A model generated the notes under the pieces. The model was not told the origin of the DNA and ran no database searches. It saw only the letters and a list, made by a program, of their open reading frames with translations. A DNA stretch of 64,000 bases from a candidate division TA06 bacterium B3_TA06 (GTDB lineage Bacteria > Hydrothermota > Tepidihabitantia > B3-TA06). The DNA lies in assembly GCA_005223075.1 (NCBI GenBank), contig NJBO01000003.1:81555-145554 (forward strand), read 5' to 3'. Shown in pieces: positions 37,601 to 45,701 of the stretch (the stretch's first letter is position 1; every line of letters begins with the position of its first letter). Position numbers and translations under genes: made by a program.

Positions 37601-39276
37601 TTACCATCCCGGCCAACCCTCACGGGATAGAGCGCAACCTCGTGATCTCGGCGTTCATGCCCAAGCCTGACCAAGGCATCTCCCGCACCTTCAGTATACC
37701 CGAGGAGGCCGAGCTGCGAACCATCACTGGCAAGCTGACACTTACCCCTACACTGAGCTCAGCACTCTTTGCAGGGCTCTCCTACCTTGCGAAATATCCA
37801 TACGGATGCGTGGAGCAGACCATGTCGTGCTTCTTCCCGGATCTTGTGGTCGCCGACCTCATCCGGGATCCCAAGCGCGGAGACCCGCAGCTTGCCGCCG
37901 AGCTGCCCAAGATGATAGCCAAGGGCCTTGCCAAGCTCTACGGCTACCAGCACTCAGACGGCGGCTGGGGATGGTTCGAGCACGACGAGACCATGCACTT
38001 CAACACCACCTACGTGATGCACGGGCTACTGTATGCCACCCAGCTTGGTTACGATGTGAACCCAACCGTGATAAGAAGAGGCTTGGAAGCCATCAACAGG
38101 ATGCTGCGCAAGGATAAAGACGTCGCCACCACCGACCGCGCCTACATGCTCTACGCTCTCTCTATGGCGCCCGACCAGGACAAAGAGTTCATAAAAGCCC
38201 AGCTTGCCGCCCTTGAGAAGACCCAACTCGACCCCTACTCGCAGGCGTTTATGGCGCTTTCCTACCACGAGATCGGTGAGGACCCCAAGGCGCGCCAGAC
38301 GCTCGAGCGTCTCAAGCAAGAGGCGATAGCAGACGAGGAGATGGTCTACTGGAGCGGCAGGGTTCACATTTTTGCGCGCTGGCAGGATGACCCGGTTGAG
38401 ATTACAGCTACGACCCTGCGGGCATTTCTTGCCATCTACCCCAGCGATGGGATGATCCCCAAGATCATATACTGGCTCCTGCGCGAGCGGCGTGGTAACC
38501 ACTGGAAATCCTCGAAGGATTCCGCCCTGGCACTCCTGGCTTTAGCCGAGTTCTTCAAAACCACCAAGGACACCAGCCCTCGGATGGAGATCGAGTTCCT
38601 GCTCAACAACCGCAGGATCGCAAGCTACAAGATCTCGCAGTACGAGATCTTACAGTTCAACCGTCCACTGGATCTCGAACTATCAGGTGTGGTGCACGGG
38701 GAAAACTCACTCAAGATTCAGAAGAAGGGCTCGGGTAACCTGTTCACGAGCCTGGTCTTTTCATACTACAGCAAGGAGGAGGGTATCACGGCAGGCGGAA
38801 CCGAGCTCAAGATCCAGCGTGAGTACTACCGGTTGATCCCGCGCGTGGAGAAAGACAGACTGGTCTACGACAAGAAGAGGCTCTCCGGACCGGTCAAGGT
38901 GGGAGAGCCTTTATTCGTGAAGCTCTATGTGGACTGCACGGAGAACTTCGAGTACGTGATGATTCAGGACCCGATCCCTGCCGGCTTCGAGGTGGCAAAG
39001 GACAACTCGCGCTACCCCATCTCGGGCGAGCGATACTGGTGGGGCTACTACGACTATGAGAGCTGGGGCTACATGTACTCCGGGCGCGAGATCCACGACG
39101 ACCACACCGCACTCTTCATAAGCCGACTGTGGGGAGGCAGGCGAGAGCTATCCTACGTCATCGAACCCTACGTTCCAGGGGTTTACCACACCATGCCCGC
39201 AGTGGTATCGCTCATGTACTTCCCGGATAAACGCGGGCACTCATCAGAAGCCGTAATCACCGTGATCGAGGAGTGA
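34699..39276 (+). CDS. Bacterial alpha-2-macroglobulin family protein
   Basis: TERPIYRP, VEEYRKP, AVVDEA, PDNLTTWR, thioester YPYGCVEQ, QHSDGGWGW and DPIPAGFE; GTG start after AGGAGG. Confidence 0.95.
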   Translation: MKVLALLATLTGGLFAHPYIHLSTSRIYSPGEETEIRLETRDLDVIHFRLYAIEDPIDFFEAQKNMRSPRVRGKAKPVNFFHMLEGLGDRTKRNTRYLAREMMSKESRIGLRDYLGLPPLEKKEAETPERFGPSSIPRLEGYEVLREWSMGFEKKKKDKDDYYYYGRYHYETIDLEITKPGVYLVEAYYGTRVAYTPVVVSEMSVVTKQDPREVYVFAVNAEDGKPRRGAVVVVLSDTNRIATGRTDGKGLFHTSFDTTRLRVLVQDGDNFALLDKYYYYSDEKDQDGAIKVYLHTERPIYRPEQTVYFKGVVRRMRRGTYRTPAGDEVEVVVTDPEGNEIYRHTLASDSWGAFADSLIVPSSSRLGRYTLSATLEETYHSVQFRVEEYRKPSYKVEVELDAEQYVQGDTVKIEVAADYFFGAPVAKAETKLKIYRREHHRYYWYGTSYMDELAGKTDSQGRITFTYVTPKKDRNYRYTFEAQVRDESRRAESGEASAFVASSAVLVDLKPTRYVVEPGEKLEIDIHTHDILNKPVPGTVEIVVYRHYWDKEDKVLARRTMSVGKIGFTTFTFTPSQAGPYYVIAKAKDKQGNQSEEKRWFYSSERGGYYTWKTDRIQIIFDAETYEVGDWAEALVITPYENASIIASLEADNLYDVDIIELEGNTAMLRFKVRSEFVPNVFLSVCGIYEGEFFEHKEKMLVNRKARMLTVELVPERQRYEPGERAKLNVLVKDVRGKPIKADISLAVVDEALYSLAAEIAPSIEDYFYGERADQVATSSSVYYSFYGYERQYQMLSAAAADSVVLAAYKGREEPKVRKKFKDVAYWNAFVRTDGSGRAQVELIWPDNLTTWRATARAISMDTKVGESREKILVTKDLLVRIIPPRFVTERDSLLIPTIVHNYTRTSQEVKLSFSVKGLKLFDNTAHTDTIQPGSTFRVDWPVRCEVPGDVTLTAKAIGSSASDAMELTIPANPHGIERNLVISAFMPKPDQGISRTFSIPEEAELRTITGKLTLTPTLSSALFAGLSYLAKYPYGCVEQTMSCFFPDLVVADLIRDPKRGDPQLAAELPKMIAKGLAKLYGYQHSDGGWGWFEHDETMHFNTTYVMHGLLYATQLGYDVNPTVIRRGLEAINRMLRKDKDVATTDRAYMLYALSMAPDQDKEFIKAQLAALEKTQLDPYSQAFMALSYHEIGEDPKARQTLERLKQEAIADEEMVYWSGRVHIFARWQDDPVEITATTLRAFLAIYPSDGMIPKIIYWLLRERRGNHWKSSKDSALALLALAEFFKTTKDTSPRMEIEFLLNNRRIASYKISQYEILQFNRPLDLELSGVVHGENSLKIQKKGSGNLFTSLVFSYYSKEEGITAGGTELKIQREYYRLIPRVEKDRLVYDKKRLSGPVKVGEPLFVKLYVDCTENFEYVMIQDPIPAGFEVAKDNSRYPISGERYWWGYYDYESWGYMYSGREIHDDHTALFISRLWGGRRELSYVIEPYVPGVYHTMPAVVSLMYFPDKRGHSSEAVITVIEE

Positions 39277-40181
39277 GCGGACTTATCATCCTGGCCCTCG
39301 CGGCTGCGTTACCCGAGGGTGCGTTCGCCGAGCGCTGTGCCGAACTGATCGGCTCGAGAGGCGCTGTGGCGGTGATGGATCTTGCGACAGGTAGACTTCT
39401 TGCGGCGACCGATCCGGAGACCCTCTTTGCCAAGCACTACCCGCCAGGATCGGTCGCCAAGCTCCTCACCGGACTCGTGGCCATAGAAAAAGGAATAGAG
39501 CTTCCAGACGGCTTCTACTGTCCAGGGGACGAGACATTGCGCTGCTCGCTACGAGGAGGACACGGTATTGTGGACTTCTCAAGGGCTCTTTCACAATCAT
39601 GCAACCTCTACTTCCAGAGCCTGGCCAAAGAGCTAAGTGCGGAGGAACTTACCCAACTGCCGAGACGGCTCCGGCTGGATGAGAAGGTGGGGGTAGATCT
39701 TCCAGGGGAGGTGGAGAGTGTTCTGGAGACCCCCGGCACAGACTCGGCTAAATCGGCGTTTGCCATCGGTCAGGGTTACTCGATTCAGCTCACCCCAGTG
39801 GCGATGCTTGCGCTGATCTCAGGCATAGCAACGCAAGGAGAACTGCTGAGACCAAGGCTTTCTGAGGGGCCGCCAGAAGTGCTCTCCTCCTTCCCCAATC
39901 AAAAGGCTCTGGCTAAAATAAGACCGCTCCTGCGAGACGTGGTGCGAAGCGGAACCGGTAAACATGCCGATATAACAACGGTGCAGGTCGCAGGCAAGAC
40001 AGGTTCATCAACCGTGCTCGGCAACTGGGTCACACACGGCTGGTTCGCAGGTTTCGCACCATACGAGGCGCCCGAGATCGCGGTGGTCGTGTTCTTGAAA
40101 AGAGGCGAGGGCAAGGACGCGGCCCGCATCGCAGGACTTGTATTCTCGGATTACTTCAGAGGGGTCTATGCTGAGCATTAA
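39273..40181 (+). CDS. Stand-alone penicillin-binding transpeptidase domain protein
   Basis: SxxK (GSVAK), SCN and KTG motifs plus HGWFAGFAP; no dimerisation domain. Confidence 0.9.
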   Translation: MSGLIILALAAALPEGAFAERCAELIGSRGAVAVMDLATGRLLAATDPETLFAKHYPPGSVAKLLTGLVAIEKGIELPDGFYCPGDETLRCSLRGGHGIVDFSRALSQSCNLYFQSLAKELSAEELTQLPRRLRLDEKVGVDLPGEVESVLETPGTDSAKSAFAIGQGYSIQLTPVAMLALISGIATQGELLRPRLSEGPPEVLSSFPNQKALAKIRPLLRDVVRSGTGKHADITTVQVAGKTGSSTVLGNWVTHGWFAGFAPYEAPEIAVVVFLKRGEGKDAARIAGLVFSDYFRGVYAEH

Positions 40182-41190
40182 GTTAATCATGATAATCCTC
40201 GGGGTGAACGTAAACATCCTCTCCTCGTATCATCCAAGCCAAGTGACGGTGATAGCGGGAGATCGTAAGGGTAAACTGACGGCTAAAGGGAATACCATCT
40301 ACGTGAACTCCAAGAGCATTGAGCGTTACGGATGCTCGGCGGATTCCTTTACCCTAAAATGGCAAGATAAGACCCGAAGCTATGCGGGATCTCTTGAGGT
40401 TTGGGCAGAGGATGGGGAGCTGATTCTGGTTAATAAAGTAGAAGAAGATGCTTACCTTGCATCGGTGGTAGGTGCTGAGATGGTTCCGGGGGCTGAGCTT
40501 GAGGCACTCAAGGCCCAGGTCGTGCTCTGCCGGACGTTCATCTACACCGGCTGCAGGCATCAAGACGAGCCTTGGGACTTATGCGACCTCACCCACTGCC
40601 AGTCATATAGAGGGCTGGAAACGGTAACCGCCGCAACCGGGAAGGCGGTAGCCGAGACAGAAGGGATGTTTTTAACCTATCACGGGGAGCCTTGCAAGAT
40701 ATATTACCACTCAACCTCTGGCGGACGCACCGCAGACGCTCGCTCGATCTGGCCTGATGAGTATGCACCGTATCTTTGCTCGGTTCCGGACCCCTATTGC
40801 TCGGCTTCCCCTCACTACTCGTGGCGATGCACGCTCACCTCATCCCAGATCGCGCAGGCCTTGGATATCACCCACGTATCTGATATAGAGGTCGTTGAGT
40901 CTGCCCCTGACAATCGGGTGATAGAGATAAGGGTTAGAGGTTCGGAGTCAGTGATCTATCTTGGCTGGCAGTTCAGGATGATTATGACCCGAAAGCTGGG
41001 CTGGGGGACTCTTAAAAGTTCGTGGTTCGAGGTGCGCAAGGATGGAGAGGACTTTGTTTTCACAGGACACGGTCTTGGACACGGGGTCGGATTGTCCCAG
41101 TGGGGTGCAGTGGGCATGGCCGAGCAGGGGGCTACATTCAAAGAGATTCTGGCGCACTACTACCCTGGCACCGAGGTGAAGAGATGGTGA
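40168..41190 (+). CDS. SpoIID/LytB domain protein
   Basis: YLASVVGAEM, EALKAQ, LCDLTHCQSY, YHSTSGG, GHGVGLSQWGA and ILAHYYPG motifs. Confidence 0.92.
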   Translation: MLSIKLIMIILGVNVNILSSYHPSQVTVIAGDRKGKLTAKGNTIYVNSKSIERYGCSADSFTLKWQDKTRSYAGSLEVWAEDGELILVNKVEEDAYLASVVGAEMVPGAELEALKAQVVLCRTFIYTGCRHQDEPWDLCDLTHCQSYRGLETVTAATGKAVAETEGMFLTYHGEPCKIYYHSTSGGRTADARSIWPDEYAPYLCSVPDPYCSASPHYSWRCTLTSSQIAQALDITHVSDIEVVESAPDNRVIEIRVRGSESVIYLGWQFRMIMTRKLGWGTLKSSWFEVRKDGEDFVFTGHGLGHGVGLSQWGAVGMAEQGATFKEILAHYYPGTEVKRW

Positions 41191-41804
41191 AGCTGCTTTT
41201 GATTCTGTGGGGCGCGGTGATCGGGGTTGAGCGCTGGGTGATCATTACCCCTGGGGAGGAGGTGAACCGGCAGGAGATTTCGAGGTGGGTGGAGGTTTTG
41301 AGAACGGCTGAAAAGGTAGTGGACGATTTCTTCCCAGATCCCTCCGTGGGGGTAGGGTGGGAGAATGGTGTGTTACGGGTGTTACGGGTGGCGCCGTCTA
41401 GCGGGGATTTTGCCGCCTGGACCGGATGCTCGATCTGGCAGGGGGCTGCGTTAAAGAACGGAGAGCTGATCGTTCAGCCCCTGGCTGTTCTTGAACGTCG
41501 CGGGGTGCTTGAGGAGGTAGTGGTTCACGAGTACGTGCACCTTGTGCTTGAACCCTACAACGTCCCCCTTTGGGTGAATGAAGGGCTAGCCGTGATATGC
41601 TCTGGTCAGGTGAGAAAATTCTCACAGGATGCGGAGTTGAAGGATTTAACAGAAGACAAAGCCGAGATAGAAAAGCTGCTTGCAAGCAGTGATACGTTGG
41701 ATTTGCGGCTAGGTTATCTTGCAGCAGCGCGTTTGACTCAGGAAAAAATAGACGGAATAGGACTAGACAGTTTAGTCCGACTAATTAAAGAGGAGGCCTT
41801 ATGA
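41184..41804 (+). CDS. Gluzincin/peptidase MA-like protein
   Basis: HEYVH...PLWVNEGLA motif; hydrophobic N-terminus; start moved to MVKLLL. Confidence 0.75.
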   Translation: MVKLLLILWGAVIGVERWVIITPGEEVNRQEISRWVEVLRTAEKVVDDFFPDPSVGVGWENGVLRVLRVAPSSGDFAAWTGCSIWQGAALKNGELIVQPLAVLERRGVLEEVVVHEYVHLVLEPYNVPLWVNEGLAVICSGQVRKFSQDAELKDLTEDKAEIEKLLASSDTLDLRLGYLAAARLTQEKIDGIGLDSLVRLIKEEAL

Positions 41805-43297
41805 ATAAGACCATCAAGTGGATTTTGATAGGGGCAGGAGCGGGCCTGGGGGTGCTCGTGATCGGAGCAGGTGTTGCCTACGCGGTGATGACCGACACCC
41901 CTGACCTGGAACGCGAGGTCGGTGTGCTGGAAGAGCTTCTGCCCAAAGGGCCGGTGAGTTACGTGGTGGGTGCTGATCTTAACGCGGCAGAAAAGCTCTA
42001 CAGGAACTCCAAGATAGGGCACCTGGCCCGCAAACACGAGATAGACAAAGACTTCTCAAGCCTTGAGAAAGTGAGCAAGGTTCAGGAGCAGACCAAGGGC
42101 AGATTCTGGGACGTCTTGGGCGCACGCTTCATCTACGCGAGATACGGCGAGGAGAACTATCTCATCATCACCCAGCCGGGCTGGAAGGTAAAGGCGATGT
42201 GGCGCACGATCATCACAAGCGGAGAAAAGAAGGAGGCTGGGGAAATCCCCTACACCGTTTTCACGGGCGGCACTGCGGCGTTCTTTGCCGGAGACTACTT
42301 CTGGTACGCTTCCTCGGAGAAGCTGTTGCTTTCAGCCTTGAAAATCGCAATGTCTGAAGATGTCGAGGAAAGGGCCTTTCCAAGAGACCACGACGACGAG
42401 CCTCTGGCCTACGGCATTTCGCGTAAGCCGGGCAAGTACCTGGTGTTTGATGAGGCACGATGGTTAATCCAGGAAGGTGCGAAGGGTCTGGAAGTCAAGG
42501 TCGAGATAGACAGCCCCTCGGGCGTGATCGGCGGATTCATCGCCAATGCAAAGCCTCCTGAAGATTACTCAAAGATACCTGCAGACGCCGCGCTCTTCAT
42601 AAACCTTACAGGGGTAGATCCCTACAGGGCCTGGAAGGAAGCAGGAATGCTTTCCAGCGAAGAAGGAATAACCGAGGTTCTGGGAGACTTTGAGGTAGAA
42701 AAGGAGTTCGCCCGGATTGCTGTCGACCTTGAAGACGAGGCCATGTTCATAATGCAGGGCTGGGATGTAGATAGATGGTATGCCCCGGCTCGCTGGCTTA
42801 TCTCGGTAAAGGCAGGCTCGGAACGCTCGTTCGAGAGCTGGGTCGCCCTTACCCCCTGGTTCTTCCCCGCAGCCTGGGACACCACCCTGACTCACGGCGA
42901 GGTTGCCTACACCATGCTCGATCTGGGCGAGGACCTGCCGCCGATAAGCTATCTATTCAATAACTCCTATCTTACCGTTACCTCGGACTCAGCGCTTGTC
43001 CCCTGGATACTTGATGCGTACTCTGCCGGTCTAACCCTTAAGGGCTCAGAAGATTTTGCAGTTTTAAGGGTTGCGGCAGGAATATCCGAACCTGTTGCCT
43101 GCGTCAACTGGCCGATGTTCAGGAAAGCGCTGAAGGAATATCTGATCTACGCAGCCGACCGCACCGCAGGCTTTACCCCGGCGAACGTGGAGCAAAAACT
43201 ATTCCCGATCCTGGACGCGTTTGAGATGAACGCCTTGCTGATAGGCATGGAGCACGAAGGTAATGCCTTGACCTTCACGATACGGAGCGCAAATTAA
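41801..43297 (+). CDS. Membrane-anchored hypothetical protein of the A2M operon (possibly YfaA/DUF2138-like)
   Basis: N-terminal transmembrane helix; overlaps the previous gene; family guess is from context only. Confidence 0.6.
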   Translation: MNKTIKWILIGAGAGLGVLVIGAGVAYAVMTDTPDLEREVGVLEELLPKGPVSYVVGADLNAAEKLYRNSKIGHLARKHEIDKDFSSLEKVSKVQEQTKGRFWDVLGARFIYARYGEENYLIITQPGWKVKAMWRTIITSGEKKEAGEIPYTVFTGGTAAFFAGDYFWYASSEKLLLSALKIAMSEDVEERAFPRDHDDEPLAYGISRKPGKYLVFDEARWLIQEGAKGLEVKVEIDSPSGVIGGFIANAKPPEDYSKIPADAALFINLTGVDPYRAWKEAGMLSSEEGITEVLGDFEVEKEFARIAVDLEDEAMFIMQGWDVDRWYAPARWLISVKAGSERSFESWVALTPWFFPAAWDTTLTHGEVAYTMLDLGEDLPPISYLFNNSYLTVTSDSALVPWILDAYSAGLTLKGSEDFAVLRVAAGISEPVACVNWPMFRKALKEYLIYAADRTAGFTPANVEQKLFPILDAFEMNALLIGMEHEGNALTFTIRSAN

Positions 43298-43441
43298 TCC
43301 TCCTTCTCCCTACGGGGAAAAGATCGGAGATCGTGCGGGCCGAGCTGAAAACCAACACGCAAACCTCTGTGCAAATTCGTGGCGGAAAAACTAAAGCAGA
43401 CTTATCCGCTGGTTGCGGAAGAATGAACTGAAAGGATTACA

Positions 43442-43807
43442 TCAGGAACCCTCTAAAATAAACCGAGCCCATTCTTCTCCTGTGCCGACGGTTACCGCAC
43501 GGATAAGACCTGGGTAAGTCTTGACCAGATTCTCGGCCACCCAGATCGCGATATGTTCAGCTGTAGGCTGCATATTACTGAAGGCCTCGCAGTCGTTAAG
43601 AAGCTTACCCTGATACGGTTCAAGCAGTTCGGCAAGGTCTTTCTTTAACCCAACGAAATCTACGCTTGCGCCCCTTTGATCCAACGCAGCGGTGGCAAGG
43701 GTAACAGCAACATCCCAGGTATGTTCGTGAACCTTCTGGGACTCGCTCCCGAACCCTTCCAGGCGGTGACTGAAACTTAAGGGAACCCTAACCTGGGTCT
43801 CAAACAT
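43442..43807 (-). CDS. QueD/6-pyruvoyl-tetrahydropterin synthase family protein (atypical active site)
   Basis: SH.L...HEHTW.V.V, VDF..LK, LND and PTAEHIA motifs. Confidence 0.8.
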   Translation of the reverse strand: MFETQVRVPLSFSHRLEGFGSESQKVHEHTWDVAVTLATAALDQRGASVDFVGLKKDLAELLEPYQGKLLNDCEAFSNMQPTAEHIAIWVAENLVKTYPGLIRAVTVGTGEEWARFILEGS

Positions 43808-44330
43808 CGCGCAGCTCTTTCTTCAAAAGCTCTCTTGCCTTTAAGAAGAATGCCTGTGCCGCTGGATCACGGTGGTCAGGATATGTCCAGGGCAACTCCT
43901 CGCAGTGCTCGCGCAGAAACCTTAAGGTAAGCTCGATCCATATCCCTTCATCAAGGTATGCGCGGTGCCCGGCCGGCTTTGTCGTCAAAAGCCACAGCCC
44001 GTCCAGCCGGATGAATCCGGGGTCTATGTTTATCCTGCGCTTACCCTCCCTACGTAGGTCATTCTCGACTTCGCAACTGGCAAGCTTGAACCGCCAGGAT
44101 TCCAAAAGGTTTACCGGACTAGAGAAGACAAGCCAGCGCCGTAGAATCTTCTCCCCCATCTCCGCGTTGTAGTAATCGGTCCAGGTGAAGGGGACGATCT
44201 CGCTGCGCAAGGCCGCAGGGCCGAAGTGTTCTACTAGTGTCGTTTCTATCTCCTTCATCAACCGGCTGTCGGCAGAAAGCAGCCCGCATATCAAAAGAGC
44301 CTGCGGCTTTTCTGGCTCAAGATTCTTCAC
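43800..44330 (-). CDS. DUF4416 family protein
   Basis: F.WTDYY.AEMG, RRINIDPG, L.TTK..HR.YL..GIW.ELTL and PWTYPD motifs. Confidence 0.85.
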   Translation of the reverse strand: MKNLEPEKPQALLICGLLSADSRLMKEIETTLVEHFGPAALRSEIVPFTWTDYYNAEMGEKILRRWLVFSSPVNLLESWRFKLASCEVENDLRREGKRRINIDPGFIRLDGLWLLTTKPAGHRAYLDEGIWIELTLRFLREHCEELPWTYPDHRDPAAQAFFLKARELLKKELRDV

Positions 44331-45018
44331 TTTCTCCCCCTGCGGATGATTCTTCTTCCCTGAGTTCCTCTTTCTTCCTTGTCTTCTTCTCGATCCGGTA
44401 GCCTATAGCAGCCAACGCTTCTGAGGAAACCTCAGCGCTCTTTTCCTCCTCACGAGTTAGCTCCTCCGTCTCCTGATCGGCTTCTAGAGGGAGTATGTCT
44501 TCTTCTTTAACAGCAGGCTCCTCAAGATCTGGCAGCTCCTCCAAAGAGGCTAACCCAAAGAACTCAAGGAACTTGGGGGTGGTGACGTAGACATAAGGAT
44601 GCCCTGCACGCTTGTCCCGTCCCTTGATGCGTATAATACCGCGTTCAAGAAGGGAGGAAAGGATATAGGATGACTCGATCCCCCTTGCCTGATCGATATC
44701 GGGTTTGTTTATCGGCTGGCGATGGGCGATCACAGCCAGGGTCTCCAAAGCAGCCGTGGACAGGCGGCCGCGGCCCTTACGCTGCAAGAGCCGGGCAATC
44801 CACGGGGCAAAGCGCGGAAGGGTAACCATCTGCCAGCCGCCAGCCAGCTTACGGATTTGAAACGACCGGCCATGCCCTTCGTAATCCCTGTTGAGCTTTT
44901 GGATGCAGGCTTCTACCTCGGAAGGAGCAAGGTTGGTAGCATTCGCCAAGCGCCTGCTGCTGACACTCTCGGGCGAGGCAAAAAGCAGCGCCTCAATAAT
45001 CTGCCAGGGCTCGCTCAT
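44317..45018 (-). CDS. scpB: SMC-Scp complex subunit ScpB
   Basis: IEALLFAS, AGGWQM.T, LS.AALETLAVIA..QPI and Y.TT.KFLE.FGL.SL.ELP motifs. Confidence 0.95.
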   Translation of the reverse strand: MSEPWQIIEALLFASPESVSSRRLANATNLAPSEVEACIQKLNRDYEGHGRSFQIRKLAGGWQMVTLPRFAPWIARLLQRKGRGRLSTAALETLAVIAHRQPINKPDIDQARGIESSYILSSLLERGIIRIKGRDKRAGHPYVYVTTPKFLEFFGLASLEELPDLEEPAVKEEDILPLEADQETEELTREEEKSAEVSSEALAAIGYRIEKKTRKKEELREEESSAGGESEES

Positions 45019-45701
45019 TCGCCCTCGTTTTCTATGCGTATAAGCTTCATGTAGCCATCCTTGTTGTCGGTCCAGTAGATCATCCGGTGCGGTTCTCGAA
45101 CCTCGTAGTAGAAATCAAAGCTGCGCCCGGCCAAAAGCATCCTGTAGACCGTCTCCACAAACTTGCTCTTGAACCCCAGGGTCAGCTTGTGGCAGCGAAA
45201 CTCACCTGCATCCGTTTGGATAGTGTGAATCCCGCCGTAGGTGCAGGTTCCGGTGATGACCATCCCCACGTTGGACTCGAAGAACCCGAACTCGACGGTC
45301 TGGGGTCTCTCAAATGGAAAGCCCCGAAACGCCTCGATCAGCGTATGCCGGTCGTAGAAGCTCCCCTCATGTCTGACCTTCGAGGATTTGCCCTTGAACC
45401 CGTCGGAGACCAGGATGCCTTCAGGGATCGGCTGCACCCCCAACTGAAAACGGCCTGAGCGATCCTTTATCACCTTTATGGTTGAAAGGTCCGATGTCTG
45501 CACCCAGCACTTTACGATGATTCGCGTGGTATCGTGATGTTCGTGGACCGAGTAGTAGTTATCGCCGTTATCGTAGACCTCGTGGGATATCTCACGGGTG
45601 GTGCCCTGATCGTAGCCAAGATAGACTACCTTCTCCCCGTTGGGTATACCGGGGTCACTGAAACCCGCGGCGATCAGTAAAAGTGCTATTAAAGCGTTCA
45701 A
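45015..45701 (-). CDS. Hypothetical exported protein
   Basis: Signal-peptide-like N-terminus; coupled by overlaps to alaS and scpB; T.AGEF.C segment reminiscent of DUF3108-like proteins. Confidence 0.7.
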   Translation of the reverse strand: MNALIALLLIAAGFSDPGIPNGEKVVYLGYDQGTTREISHEVYDNGDNYYSVHEHHDTTRIIVKCWVQTSDLSTIKVIKDRSGRFQLGVQPIPEGILVSDGFKGKSSKVRHEGSFYDRHTLIEAFRGFPFERPQTVEFGFFESNVGMVITGTCTYGGIHTIQTDAGEFRCHKLTLGFKSKFVETVYRMLLAGRSFDFYYEVREPHRMIYWTDNKDGYMKLIRIENEGE

